A DNA stretch of 64,000 nt from a virus, in the IMG/VR virus record IMGVR_UViG_3300031857_000025; one strand, written 5' to 3'. This document shows positions 39,967 to 51,816 of this stretch, piece by piece (position 1 is the stretch's first letter; every line of letters begins with the position of its first letter). A model generated the notes under the pieces. The model saw only the letters and a list, made by a program, of their open reading frames with translations. It did not search any database and had not been told where the DNA came from. The position numbers were made by a program, and so were the translations under genes.

Positions 39967-40383
39967 ATGTACGGTGAGCAGTATTGGTATGGTAAAGAGG
40001 TCGAAGGTCGATACTCTGATGTTGAAACAGTTTTTGTAAGAAGTGGTATTCCTACGGATATTTTAGAGTATCCTCATGCATACTTTACAATTGAGTATGT
40101 GCGAGAAATGATTAAAAAGAATGATTGGTCAATTGTACATATGATTCTTAAGACTCGTCAAATTGTAACGGTCGAAGCTACTGCTGATACATTAGATCAT
40201 ATTCCAATGTCAGTATTTAATAGAGCACATATTATCTATCGTATTCCTGATAGTCATTTGGCTAAACTAAAGAAAACTGATACATTGTCAATTGATGCTG
40301 GTTGGTACCGAGTTCATCAGATTATGAAATGCAACTTAATGGAAATCAATCCAGATGATTATAAATTCGATAGATTAAAGTAA
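39967..40383 (+). CDS. Hypothetical protein coupled to the GT-DpdA genes
   Basis: 138 aa (YWYGKEVEGR...TVFV...Y.FD); TAATG overlap with the next gene. Confidence 0.65.
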   Translation: MYGEQYWYGKEVEGRYSDVETVFVRSGIPTDILEYPHAYFTIEYVREMIKKNDWSIVHMILKTRQIVTVEATADTLDHIPMSVFNRAHIIYRIPDSHLAKLKKTDTLSIDAGWYRVHQIMKCNLMEINPDDYKFDRLK

Positions 40384-41573
40384 TGAAAAGAAATATATTT
40401 TATTTTGGCCTAGAGCCATTAAAAGCTAGATATACTTATCAGCTATGCGAAGAATGGATGCCTAAAACTTTTGAGGCATACAAAGATCGTTTAAACTTTA
40501 TTCCGATGCCAGGAGAGTTCGATCCCGATCAAGAAATCAAAGTAGGTGCCGTGTTAGATGCAATTGGTAGAGGCAAGTATAGTTTGACTCAATGTCAAAA
40601 CTTCTTGAAAATGATCTATGATGGTACGGTTAAAGACGGTGACGTTATTTTCTTGCAAGACTATTGGACTCCAGGTTTAGATGCTATTTGGTATGCTTTG
40701 GATTTATATAATATCAAAGTTAAGGTATATGCAATGTTACATGCTCAATCAGTTGATGAATATGACTTTACATATCCGATGGCATATTGGATGCGTCATT
40801 ATGAGTTAGGATTGGATCAACGCATGACCAGTATCTTTGTAGGAAGTACTATCCATAAAGAACAATTGAGAGCGGCTGGGTTCAAAGCTCCTATACATGT
40901 TGTATCGTTACCGATTCATAAACAAGCTACATTAGATGTATTACCTGAATGGAATACATTGGATAAGAAAAATGTAATTGTATACTCAAGTCGATTTGAT
41001 AAGGAAAAGAATCCATTCTTCATGATGGAAGTAGCTGAACAGTTCTTGAAAAAGAATCCGCGATATGAATGGCACGTAACTACATCCGGCAAAGAGTTCC
41101 GTAGTATGTTACCAGGTGTTATCGATGCTATGAATGCATTAGCAAAACGTCAGCCTAGATTTAAAATGTTGAAAGGTTTAACTAAGCAAGAATATTATAC
41201 AGAGTTAGCTACATGTAAGGTACAGTTTAATACATCATTACAAGATTATGTATCATGGACTGTTATCGAGTCAACTGCATTTGGAGCTGATATCGTGTTT
41301 CCTAATTTCAGATCATTCCCAGAGTTTATTGATGCATCTCGATTGTATAAACCGTTTGATGTTCAAGATGCGTTAACGGTATTAAATAATGTACTAGGTA
41401 ATACTAAAACTCATTATGATATTGTTGATCGTTCTGACTTGGGTAGACAAATGGAAGGATATATCATTGCCAATGATTTTGATAAGGAGATATGTATTTG
41501 GCATGAAACAGAATATTGTAAAGCACTTATCAATAGTGAAGTAAAAAATAATCAATTGGAGTTAGAACTATAA
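40383..41573 (+). CDS. GT-B (GT4-like) glycosyltransferase
   Basis: SSRFDKEKNP...LTKQEYY.EL...FNTSLQD...IES.AFG...P.FRSFPE donor-binding half; TAATG-coupled on both sides. Confidence 0.75.
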   Translation: MKRNIFYFGLEPLKARYTYQLCEEWMPKTFEAYKDRLNFIPMPGEFDPDQEIKVGAVLDAIGRGKYSLTQCQNFLKMIYDGTVKDGDVIFLQDYWTPGLDAIWYALDLYNIKVKVYAMLHAQSVDEYDFTYPMAYWMRHYELGLDQRMTSIFVGSTIHKEQLRAAGFKAPIHVVSLPIHKQATLDVLPEWNTLDKKNVIVYSSRFDKEKNPFFMMEVAEQFLKKNPRYEWHVTTSGKEFRSMLPGVIDAMNALAKRQPRFKMLKGLTKQEYYTELATCKVQFNTSLQDYVSWTVIESTAFGADIVFPNFRSFPEFIDASRLYKPFDVQDALTVLNNVLGNTKTHYDIVDRSDLGRQMEGYIIANDFDKEICIWHETEYCKALINSEVKNNQLELEL

Positions 41574-42760
41574 TGAAAAATCTAATATACTACCCGTCAT
41601 TATCAGCAGGAGGCTGTGCTGGCGACTTTAAAAATAACAAAGAAGTAAAGCCAGGATTAACTAGCCGCTTCTATTCAAAGGAGTTTCCGGAACCATGGAG
41701 ACATCCTTATTTTCTAATTACAGCTGGTCACCATTATAAATGGATGGATGCTCGTCAAAGATATGGTTTAGAAGAAGATGTAAAGGTATTGGGCGATTCG
41801 GGTGGTTTCCAGTTAGCGACTGGTGCTATCAAATGGGATCCGAAGTTCAAAGAAACTATCTTTCAATGGTTAGAGCAAAATTGTGATATCGGAGTTAATC
41901 TTGATATTCCGCCTCGCGTGAAGTATGATGGTAAGTTCTATGAGTGTTTAGATATTAGCTATGATAACTTTAAATACTTTGCTGAGAACCAAACGGGTAA
42001 GTGTAAGTTCTTAAATGTTGTACAAGGTAACAATGTTAATGAATATGATATCTGGTATAACCGTGTCAAGGACTTTGATTTCAATGGTTGGTCGATCGGA
42101 GGTACACAGAAAGGTATAGCGTTGTTTATGGCCGCTTTGGTACCAATGTTAAGACATAAAGAATTTGAAAAAGAACGTAATATGTATGTACACGTATTAG
42201 GTATTTCAAAGATATCAGATTTCTTTATGTTGAGCTTCTTTCAAAAGATGCTAAATAAGTATCATGGAGGTCGTATACAAGTATCAACTGACTCTAGTTC
42301 ACCGGGTCAATATCCTGTATATGGTACATACTTGCATTCACCACAGTTAACTAAAATGACATTCACTCATTTGTATTTTCCTAAAGGTGATAATCTTCCT
42401 TATAATCCAACTGACCTAGTACCTAATCCATATGGTCATCCAGTAAGTGAAGGATTTACTTTTGGCGAGGTAGCTAACTATAAAGGTGATGTTACAATGA
42501 AGATGACCTTGAATAACTTGTTTGTATATAATGAAACGGTTAAGCAGGTAGAACAAATTGTACATTGTCATAACGAATTACTACAAACGGTTGTACCTAC
42601 GGATTTATATAATATATTAATGAGTATGGAAGAAATGTTTCAGAACCCAGACCAGGCTTTACATATCTATGAAAAGAATATTCAATTGTATAGTAAGTAT
42701 GGTGGAACAACTAATGACATGGTAAATAATAACGTAATAACTCAATTCTTCGAGATATAA
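41573..42760 (+). CDS. dpdA: DpdA / TGT-family guanine transglycosylase
   Basis: LGDSGGFQ, NLDIPP, NVVQG, GWSIGG, HVLG and STDSSS TGT-barrel motifs; in the folE/queD/queE neighbourhood. Confidence 0.82.
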   Translation: MKNLIYYPSLSAGGCAGDFKNNKEVKPGLTSRFYSKEFPEPWRHPYFLITAGHHYKWMDARQRYGLEEDVKVLGDSGGFQLATGAIKWDPKFKETIFQWLEQNCDIGVNLDIPPRVKYDGKFYECLDISYDNFKYFAENQTGKCKFLNVVQGNNVNEYDIWYNRVKDFDFNGWSIGGTQKGIALFMAALVPMLRHKEFEKERNMYVHVLGISKISDFFMLSFFQKMLNKYHGGRIQVSTDSSSPGQYPVYGTYLHSPQLTKMTFTHLYFPKGDNLPYNPTDLVPNPYGHPVSEGFTFGEVANYKGDVTMKMTLNNLFVYNETVKQVEQIVHCHNELLQTVVPTDLYNILMSMEEMFQNPDQALHIYEKNIQLYSKYGGTTNDMVNNNVITQFFEI

Positions 42761-42761
42761 T

Positions 42762-43481
42762 ATGAAAAAGACAGAACTATTAAATTACATCAGCCGTTAT
42801 CACCTAGCCGGCGCAACTACTTCAGTTAAGTGGAATGCAAGTGGTGGATCATTACAAAGTAGTTTTATTACTGATGACCAGAACGTAATTGGTTCTGTAT
42901 CAGCTAATATTGACTTAGGTAATCAGACATTAGGCGTTTATGCAACACCTCAATTGGTAAAAATGTTATCTGCAGTAGGAGATGATGTTGAGATTGATGT
43001 CAAGGATATTGACGGCAAAGCTGTTAGTATGGATATTTCAGATAAAGAAGTTAACATGACATTTATGTTAGCAGACTTATCAGTTATTCGTCAGGTACCT
43101 GAATTAAAGCAATTGCCAGATTGGAATGTTATGGTACCATTGGACAAGGAATTTGTAAGTAGATTTATCAAGGCAAAGAATGCATTACCTGAGTCTGAAA
43201 ACTTTGGTGTTAATTGCAAGAACGGTAAAACTGAGTTTATTGTAAATTATTCTTCTATTAATACTAGTCGTATTAAATTTGAAGTTACATGCCAAGCAGA
43301 TACTTGTAAGAATATGGATACGGTATGTTTTTCTAGTAACCTATTCAAAGAAATTCTCCAGGCAAATAAAGATGCAGAGACTGCAAAACTAGAAGTATCT
43401 CAGGCAGGTTTAGCTCGTGTAACATTTGCATCTCAAAACTATACATCAACTTATTATTTGGTTCAATTACAAACTGCATAA
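42762..43481 (+). CDS. Sliding clamp (gp45 / PCNA-like)
   Basis: 239 aa, a size consistent with a two-domain clamp; C-terminal L.VS.AGLARVTF....Y.STYYLV; lies between PolB and the clamp loader. Confidence 0.7.
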   Translation: MKKTELLNYISRYHLAGATTSVKWNASGGSLQSSFITDDQNVIGSVSANIDLGNQTLGVYATPQLVKMLSAVGDDVEIDVKDIDGKAVSMDISDKEVNMTFMLADLSVIRQVPELKQLPDWNVMVPLDKEFVSRFIKAKNALPESENFGVNCKNGKTEFIVNYSSINTSRIKFEVTCQADTCKNMDTVCFSSNLFKEILQANKDAETAKLEVSQAGLARVTFASQNYTSTYYLVQLQTA

Positions 43482-43482
43482 T

Positions 43483-43920
43483 ATGAAAGTACGTTTTAAG
43501 AAATTATCCGAAAAGGCAGTAACTCCTAGCTATGCAAAGCCGGGAGATGCTGGCCTGGATATGACGGCTATACAATACACCGTTGATCCAGATTACAACT
43601 TCCTAGAATACCATACTGGCATTGCTGTTGAAATACCTGAGGGATATGTAGGATTATTATTTCCTAGGTCATCAGTATCTAAAACAGATCTAGTACTAGC
43701 TAATTGTGTAGGGGTTGTTGATAGCGGTTATCGTGGAGAAATTAGATTCCGATACAAGTTTGCTCGTAAGGAGTACTTTGCTAATGTACGTAGATTCCAA
43801 GAGGGAGAGCGTGTAGGTCAATTAGTAATAATACCTTATCCGGCAATTGAATTAGAACAAGTAGAACATTTAAGTGATACAGAACGCGGTGAGGGTGGTT
43901 ACGGTAGTACGGGGAAATAA
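43483..43920 (+). CDS. dut: Trimeric dUTPase
   Basis: GDAGLD, PRSS, GVVDSGYRGEI, ERVGQL, RGEGGYGSTG. Confidence 0.95.
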   Translation: MKVRFKKLSEKAVTPSYAKPGDAGLDMTAIQYTVDPDYNFLEYHTGIAVEIPEGYVGLLFPRSSVSKTDLVLANCVGVVDSGYRGEIRFRYKFARKEYFANVRRFQEGERVGQLVIIPYPAIELEQVEHLSDTERGEGGYGSTGK

Positions 43921-43921
43921 T

Positions 43922-44099
43922 ATGGCAAAGAAAAAAATAGTAGAACCTATTGTAGAAAATCCTTGGAAAAAGATTGGAGATATGGTTGAAAGTTTATATA
44001 TTAGCATAGATGAACAATATAAGGTATTACCTAAAAATGAATTGTCATCAATGTTAGTAATGTTATCGTTAGTAAATAAAACAATTAAACAAGAACATA

Positions 44100-44122
<23 letters not shown>
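43922..44122 (+). CDS. Small hypothetical protein
   Basis: MAKKKIVEP..., 66 aa, fills the gap between dut and the clamp loader. Confidence 0.5.
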
Positions 44123-46665
<2,543 letters not shown>

Positions 46666-46677
46666 TTAAAGAAAATT

Positions 46678-46905
46678 ATGGCAAAGAAAAATATCAATGA
46701 AACAGTAGGACAAAAGCGCATCAGCGCAGAAGACCTTCCAAATATTGTATGTGAAAATTGTGGTGGTAGATTTTTTAGACAGGTGCATGCTTTTAAGCGT
46801 GTGCCTGCTATTTTATCTCAATCTAGCAAAGAAGAAATTGTTCCAATTCCAACTTTTCGTTGTGACGACTGTGGTCATATCAATGAAGAATTTATGCCTA
46901 TATGA
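46678..46905 (+). CDS. Zinc-ribbon protein
   Basis: CENCG...CDDCGH. Confidence 0.65.
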   Translation: MAKKNINETVGQKRISAEDLPNIVCENCGGRFFRQVHAFKRVPAILSQSSKEEIVPIPTFRCDDCGHINEEFMPI

Positions 46906-47363
46906 GTGATAAACCTGTAACAAAAGCAGCTACTATATTTGATCATTTATCTAATATTACGGATAAGAAAAAGGACTGGAGTTCTCTATCAGAAGCAGAT
47001 CGTAAGTCCTTTAGTCCTTATCTAATTAATAGATGGCTATCAATGGATCCGGATCTTATTGAGATAGTAAATGAGTTTCAACATTATACAATAGGTGTTT
47101 TAGATACTAAACATGTATACCAGTTATATCATGATCTGTTACCTAAACGTAAATTCTTTACAAAGTATATTAAAGGTAAGTCAGAGGATAAGTATAATAA
47201 GGATCTGATTGAGTTTATTGCTGATCATTATGCTGTATCTAAGCGAGAAGCTACAGAATATATTAGTATGATGATAGATTTGGATTCTACAGAGTTAGTC
47301 GGTATATTAAGCAAGTACGGTAAAACGGAAAAAGAAATTAAGAACTTATTAAAAACAAAATAA
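46902..47363 (+). CDS. Clamp loader small subunit (T4 gp62-like)
   Basis: IFD.L..I...K...FSPYLINRWLS...NE.Q...Y...LPKRK.F.KYIK...A.HY.VS.REA.EY. Confidence 0.7.
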   Translation: MSDKPVTKAATIFDHLSNITDKKKDWSSLSEADRKSFSPYLINRWLSMDPDLIEIVNEFQHYTIGVLDTKHVYQLYHDLLPKRKFFTKYIKGKSEDKYNKDLIEFIADHYAVSKREATEYISMMIDLDSTELVGILSKYGKTEKEIKNLLKTK

Positions 47364-47364
47364 C

Positions 47365-47613
47365 ATGGAACAAGAGTTATTACAGCATCTAAAAACTAAA
47401 ATGGAAATGGTTAATCATCCACAGCATTATGGTGGAGAAAATAATACCTATGAAGCTATCAAAGTAATTGAAGCTTGGAATTTAGATTTTTGTTTAGGTA
47501 ATGCTGTTAAATATATTTCTAGAGCTGGTAAAAAAGACGTATCCAAAGAGCTAGAAGATCTAAATAAAGCTGTTTGGTATTTGAATCGTCGTATAGAACA
47601 AATTTCAAAATAA
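47365..47613 (+). CDS. DUF3310 protein (T7 gp1.7-like putative nucleotide kinase)
   Basis: VNHPQHY...EAI.VI...FCLGNAVKYISRAGKK...EDL.KA.WYL.R.I. Confidence 0.85.
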   Translation: MEQELLQHLKTKMEMVNHPQHYGGENNTYEAIKVIEAWNLDFCLGNAVKYISRAGKKDVSKELEDLNKAVWYLNRRIEQISK

Positions 47614-47615
47614 AT

Positions 47616-47647
47616 TTGGTAATCTGAAATATTGTACTTATATTTAG
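47616..47647 (+). promoter_or_regulatory. Early/middle promoter, predicted leaderless transcript
   Basis: TTGGTA-N17-TATATTTAG; ATG 47651 falls at the predicted +1. Confidence 0.6.
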
Positions 47648-47650
47648 AGT

Positions 47651-48589
47651 ATGCAAAAATTCCTACAGTTTAATATACGAGAGCCTAAGGAGGGCGAGCG
47701 TAAAGTATCTTATTCCCAATTTTCAATGTATTCGACTTGTCCTAAACAATGGCATCTAGCATATGTTAAAGGACTACGTACTTTTAGTCAGAGTATACAT
47801 ACTTTGTTCGGTACATGTTTACATGAGACATTACAAGAATATCTAACTGTAATGTATACTGAATCCATTAAGAAAGCTGATAGTATTGATTTTAGAACGG
47901 TATTGAAAGACAAGATGTTCAACCAATACAAAGAAGCTGTAGCGCAAATGGATAATAAACATTTCTCTAACAAGTTCCAGCTTAATGAGTTTTATGATGA
48001 CGGCATTGCTATTTTAGAATGGATACGTAAACGTCGTACTGAATACTTTTCGTCCAAGTATGAAGAGTTGGTAGGTATTGAAGTTCCGATATATCATCCC
48101 GTAGGAGCAGACCGTCCAGTGTTCATGATGGGATTCTTGGACGTAGTTATACGTAATACTAAGACTAATAAGATTACAATATTAGATATCAAGACAAGTA
48201 CTAACGGTTGGAATAAGTATCAGAAGGCAGATAAACTCAAGGCATCTCAATTAGTTTTATACAAAGAATACTTTGGTGAGCAGTTCGGTGTTGATAAGGA
48301 GAGTATTGATATCAAGTACTTTATCGTGAAACGTAAACTAATTGATGGTGCAATGTTTCCTCAGAAACGAGTACAAGAGTTTGTTCCGGCAAGCGGTAAG
48401 CCTACTCGTAACAAGTTATTGAAAGAAATTTATACTTGGGTTGAGAGTAGTTTTAACGCTGATGGTAGTTATAATGAAGAAAGAGAATATCCTGCTATTG
48501 CTGGTAAGAATTATAAAAATTGCAAGTATTGTGAATTTGCAGAAGATGATGAATTATGTCCAATGAAAAACAGAATAAAATTAAAATAG
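47651..48589 (+). CDS. PD-(D/E)xK exonuclease (RecB/AddB/Cas4-like, with Fe-S cysteines)
   Basis: SYSQ...CP, FGT.LHE, GFLDVV, LDIKTS, QL.LY, CKYCEF...C. Confidence 0.85.
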   Translation: MQKFLQFNIREPKEGERKVSYSQFSMYSTCPKQWHLAYVKGLRTFSQSIHTLFGTCLHETLQEYLTVMYTESIKKADSIDFRTVLKDKMFNQYKEAVAQMDNKHFSNKFQLNEFYDDGIAILEWIRKRRTEYFSSKYEELVGIEVPIYHPVGADRPVFMMGFLDVVIRNTKTNKITILDIKTSTNGWNKYQKADKLKASQLVLYKEYFGEQFGVDKESIDIKYFIVKRKLIDGAMFPQKRVQEFVPASGKPTRNKLLKEIYTWVESSFNADGSYNEEREYPAIAGKNYKNCKYCEFAEDDELCPMKNRIKLK

Positions 48590-48591
48590 GT

Positions 48592-48993
48592 ATGAAGGTT
48601 GCTGTTATCGGAAGTCGCCAGTATGAAAACGTACGTAAGATTAAAGATACATTAACTAACTTACGTCAGAAGTTCGGAGATGAATTAGTTATTATCTCAG
48701 GCGGAGCTAAGGATGGGGCTGATAAGTATGCTAGGAAGTATGCATTAGAGTTTGGTATACGATATAAAGAGTTTAATCCAGCTCATACTCCTAGAAATTT
48801 ATATAGTGCCATGTCAGATGAGTATTATGGTAAGCCATATCATGTCAGTCAATTTCATCATAGGAATCAGTTATTAGCTCGAGACTGTGATGTTATGATA
48901 GCATTTATACCTCAGGGAGTTAAATCAGATGGCAGTTTGAGTGCCATTAAAAGTGCTGAAAAATATAACAAGAAGGTTGTTATCATTTCATAA
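48592..48993 (+). CDS. SLOG-superfamily (YspA / DprA-like) protein
   Basis: VAVIGSR, IISGGA.DGAD, RN..L...CD.MIAF, SDGS. Confidence 0.75.
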   Translation: MKVAVIGSRQYENVRKIKDTLTNLRQKFGDELVIISGGAKDGADKYARKYALEFGIRYKEFNPAHTPRNLYSAMSDEYYGKPYHVSQFHHRNQLLARDCDVMIAFIPQGVKSDGSLSAIKSAEKYNKKVVIIS

Positions 48994-49036
48994 AGCATAT
49001 TTATATTAAATAAAAAGAACGGTTACAAGGAGTTAA

Positions 49037-50491
49037 ATGAATCAGTTACAATTACCAAAATTACGTAAAATTGATCCTAACAAGCCAAAGAAAAAGAAAA
49101 TTCTTTTACTATCTGATGACCTGCGTATGCATTCTGGTATAGCCACAATGTCACGTGAGTTTGTATTAGGTACAGTAAAAGAGTTTGATTGGATCCAGTT
49201 AGGAGCTGCTATTAAGCATCCGGATGCAGGACAAATGCTAGATCTAAGCGCAGATGTGGCTAGAGAAACCGGTGTAGAGGATGCATCGGTTAAACTTATG
49301 CCATATAATGGTTATGGCGACGCTCATGTATTAAATTATCTAATTAATACAGAAAAGCCAGATGCAATATTACATTTCACTGATCCTAGATTCTGGGGGT
49401 GGTTATATCAGTTAGAACATACTATTCGTCAGCATATACCAATCATGTATTATAATATATGGGATGATTTACCATATCCACATTGGAACGAACCATTTTA
49501 TGAGTCATGTGATTTAATTATGAACATTTCACGTCAAACTCAGAATATCGTAAAAAATGTATTGCAGAAGTTTCCTAAAGAGGAATGGGCAGTTCAGTAT
49601 GTACCTCATGGTATTAATGAAAACAGGTTTTTCCCGATCACAGCTGATCATGATCAATATAAAGAATTTGACATGTTTCAGTCTGACTTTAAAATTAAAA
49701 ACGAAGTCGATTTTATAGTATTCTGGAATAATCGTAATATACGTCGTAAACAGCCAGGTGATTTAATTTTAGCATATAAAACATTTTGTGATAGTTTACC
49801 AAAAGAAAAGTCTAGTCGTTGTGCGTTATTAATGCATACTCAACCTATAGACGAAAATGGTACAGATCTATTTGCCGTTAAAAACGCTGTGTGTCCAGAA
49901 TATAAAGTATTATTTAGTGATCGAAATATTGATACTAAAATGCTGAACTTCTATTATAACATGGCAGATGTAACTGTTAATATCGGTTCTAATGAAGGCT
50001 TTGGGTTATCAGGTGCTGAATCATTAATGGCAGGCACACCTATTATTAATAATGTAACAGGTGGATTACAAGATCATTGCCGATTTGAAGATGAATCTGG
50101 TAAATGGATTGAATTTACGACTGAGTTTCCTAGTAACCATACTGGTAAATATACTAAATGTGGTAAATGGGCTAAACCTGTAATACCGACGAATAGGTCA
50201 CTTCAAGGTTCTATACCTACACCATATATCTTTGATGACCGTGTACGATTTGAAGATGTAGCGGATGCAATTATGTATTGGTATTCAATGTCTAATGAAG
50301 ATAGAACCGCATGCGGTTTAGCTGGACGTGAATGGGTTACATCAGAAGAGTCGATGATGTCGGCTCGTAGAATGAGTGAACGATTTATTGAGTGTATTAA
50401 TTCATGTTTAACTAATTGGACTAAACGCAAAAAATTTACATTATTTAAAGTAGAACAAGAACCAAAATTTGATAAAATAGGTGTAATATGA
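49037..50491 (+). CDS. GT-B (GT4-like) glycosyltransferase
   Basis: SDD...SG, PHGI, NRNIRRK, YYN.AD, SNEGFGLS.AESL.AGTP. Confidence 0.85.
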   Translation: MNQLQLPKLRKIDPNKPKKKKILLLSDDLRMHSGIATMSREFVLGTVKEFDWIQLGAAIKHPDAGQMLDLSADVARETGVEDASVKLMPYNGYGDAHVLNYLINTEKPDAILHFTDPRFWGWLYQLEHTIRQHIPIMYYNIWDDLPYPHWNEPFYESCDLIMNISRQTQNIVKNVLQKFPKEEWAVQYVPHGINENRFFPITADHDQYKEFDMFQSDFKIKNEVDFIVFWNNRNIRRKQPGDLILAYKTFCDSLPKEKSSRCALLMHTQPIDENGTDLFAVKNAVCPEYKVLFSDRNIDTKMLNFYYNMADVTVNIGSNEGFGLSGAESLMAGTPIINNVTGGLQDHCRFEDESGKWIEFTTEFPSNHTGKYTKCGKWAKPVIPTNRSLQGSIPTPYIFDDRVRFEDVADAIMYWYSMSNEDRTACGLAGREWVTSEESMMSARRMSERFIECINSCLTNWTKRKKFTLFKVEQEPKFDKIGVI

Positions 50492-51816
50492 AACCATTCG
50501 TTGTAATACAGGGACCGGTAGCTACCCGGTCAGGCTATGGAAGCCATACTAGAGATTTAGTTACAAGTTTAATTAACTCAGATAAATATGATATACAGAT
50601 AATATCATTACCATGGGGCGTAACTCCAATGGATGCATTGGATCCAAACAATATAGATCATCAAGAAATTGTTAAACGTATTGCAGTGCAAAACATAACA
50701 CGCCAGCCAGATATTTTTATACAGGTGTCAATTCCAAATGAGTTCCAACCACATGGTAAATATAATATTGGAATAACAGCTGGAATAGAAACTGATACAG
50801 TGTCAGCTGAGTTTATTGAGGGATGTAATCGTATGAATTTAATTCTTACTACATCGGAACATTCTAAACAAGGCTTTATTAATACTAAGTATGACAAGCT
50901 AGATAAAAATACTAATCAAAAAATTGGTGAATTACGTTTAGAAAAACCGATTGAAGTATTATTCGAAGGCGTAGATTTAGACGTATATAAAAAGACCAAT
51001 GACATTAATGAACTAGTGTTAAATGAACTCAATTCAATAAAAGAAGGGTTCAATTTTCTATTTGTAGGACATTGGTTAAAGGGAGAGTTAGGTGCTGATC
51101 GAAAGGATGTCGGAATGCTCATTAAAACATTTTGTGAAGCATTTAAAAATAAATCAGCACAGAATAAACCAGGATTAATTCTTAAGACTAGTCATGCTAC
51201 TTTTAGTATTATCGATCGTGAAGAACTCATGAAAAAGATTAATATGATAACGGCGCCATATGGTAAATCGGCACCTAGTATTTATTTACTGCATGGTGAC
51301 TTAACTGATGAACAGATGAACAGTCTATATAATCATCCTAAGATTAAAGCTATGATATCATTTACTCATGGTGAGGGATATGGACGTCCATTATTAGAAT
51401 TTACATTATCAGAAAAACCTGTTATAACCAGTAACTGGTCGGGTCATATAGATTTCTTAAAACATGCAACTTTATTACCGGGAGATGTTAAGGAAGTACA
51501 TCAATCGGCTACAGATAACTGGATACTTACTGGCAGTAAATGGTTTACGGTGAATTATGGTTATGCAGCTAGTATAATGCGTGATATACCAGATAACTAT
51601 AAAAATTATCTTACTTTAGCAAAACGACAGGCATATATATCACGTACTGATTTTAGTTTAACTAAAATGGCTGAAAAATTCTGTGAAATTGTAGATACTG
51701 CGGCAGATAGTATACCTAAACAAATACAACTTCAATTACCTAAATTGAAAAAAATATCCAATGCATCTGAAACATCTAAGATTACATTACCTAAATTAAA
51801 AAAGATTGAAGCATGA
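50488..51816 (+). CDS. GT-B glycosyltransferase
   Basis: SGYG, FLFVGHW...RK, GEGYGRP.LE...KPVI.SNWSGH.DF. Confidence 0.82.
   Translation: MKPFVVIQGPVATRSGYGSHTRDLVTSLINSDKYDIQIISLPWGVTPMDALDPNNIDHQEIVKRIAVQNITRQPDIFIQVSIPNEFQPHGKYNIGITAGIETDTVSAEFIEGCNRMNLILTTSEHSKQGFINTKYDKLDKNTNQKIGELRLEKPIEVLFEGVDLDVYKKTNDINELVLNELNSIKEGFNFLFVGHWLKGELGADRKDVGMLIKTFCEAFKNKSAQNKPGLILKTSHATFSIIDREELMKKINMITAPYGKSAPSIYLLHGDLTDEQMNSLYNHPKIKAMISFTHGEGYGRPLLEFTLSEKPVITSNWSGHIDFLKHATLLPGDVKEVHQSATDNWILTGSKWFTVNYGYAASIMRDIPDNYKNYLTLAKRQAYISRTDFSLTKMAEKFCEIVDTAADSIPKQIQLQLPKLKKISNASETSKITLPKLKKIEA

Noticed and set aside
41573-42760. Queuine tRNA-ribosyltransferase (tgt) for tRNA modification
   Set aside because: It lacks the Zn site, sits in a replisome operon and has a clamp-type C-terminus, so DNA-acting DpdA fits better. 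A tRNA role is not formally excluded.
47651-48589. Cas4 as evidence of a CRISPR-Cas system
   Set aside because: No array or other cas genes are present; standalone Cas4-like nucleases are common in phages.
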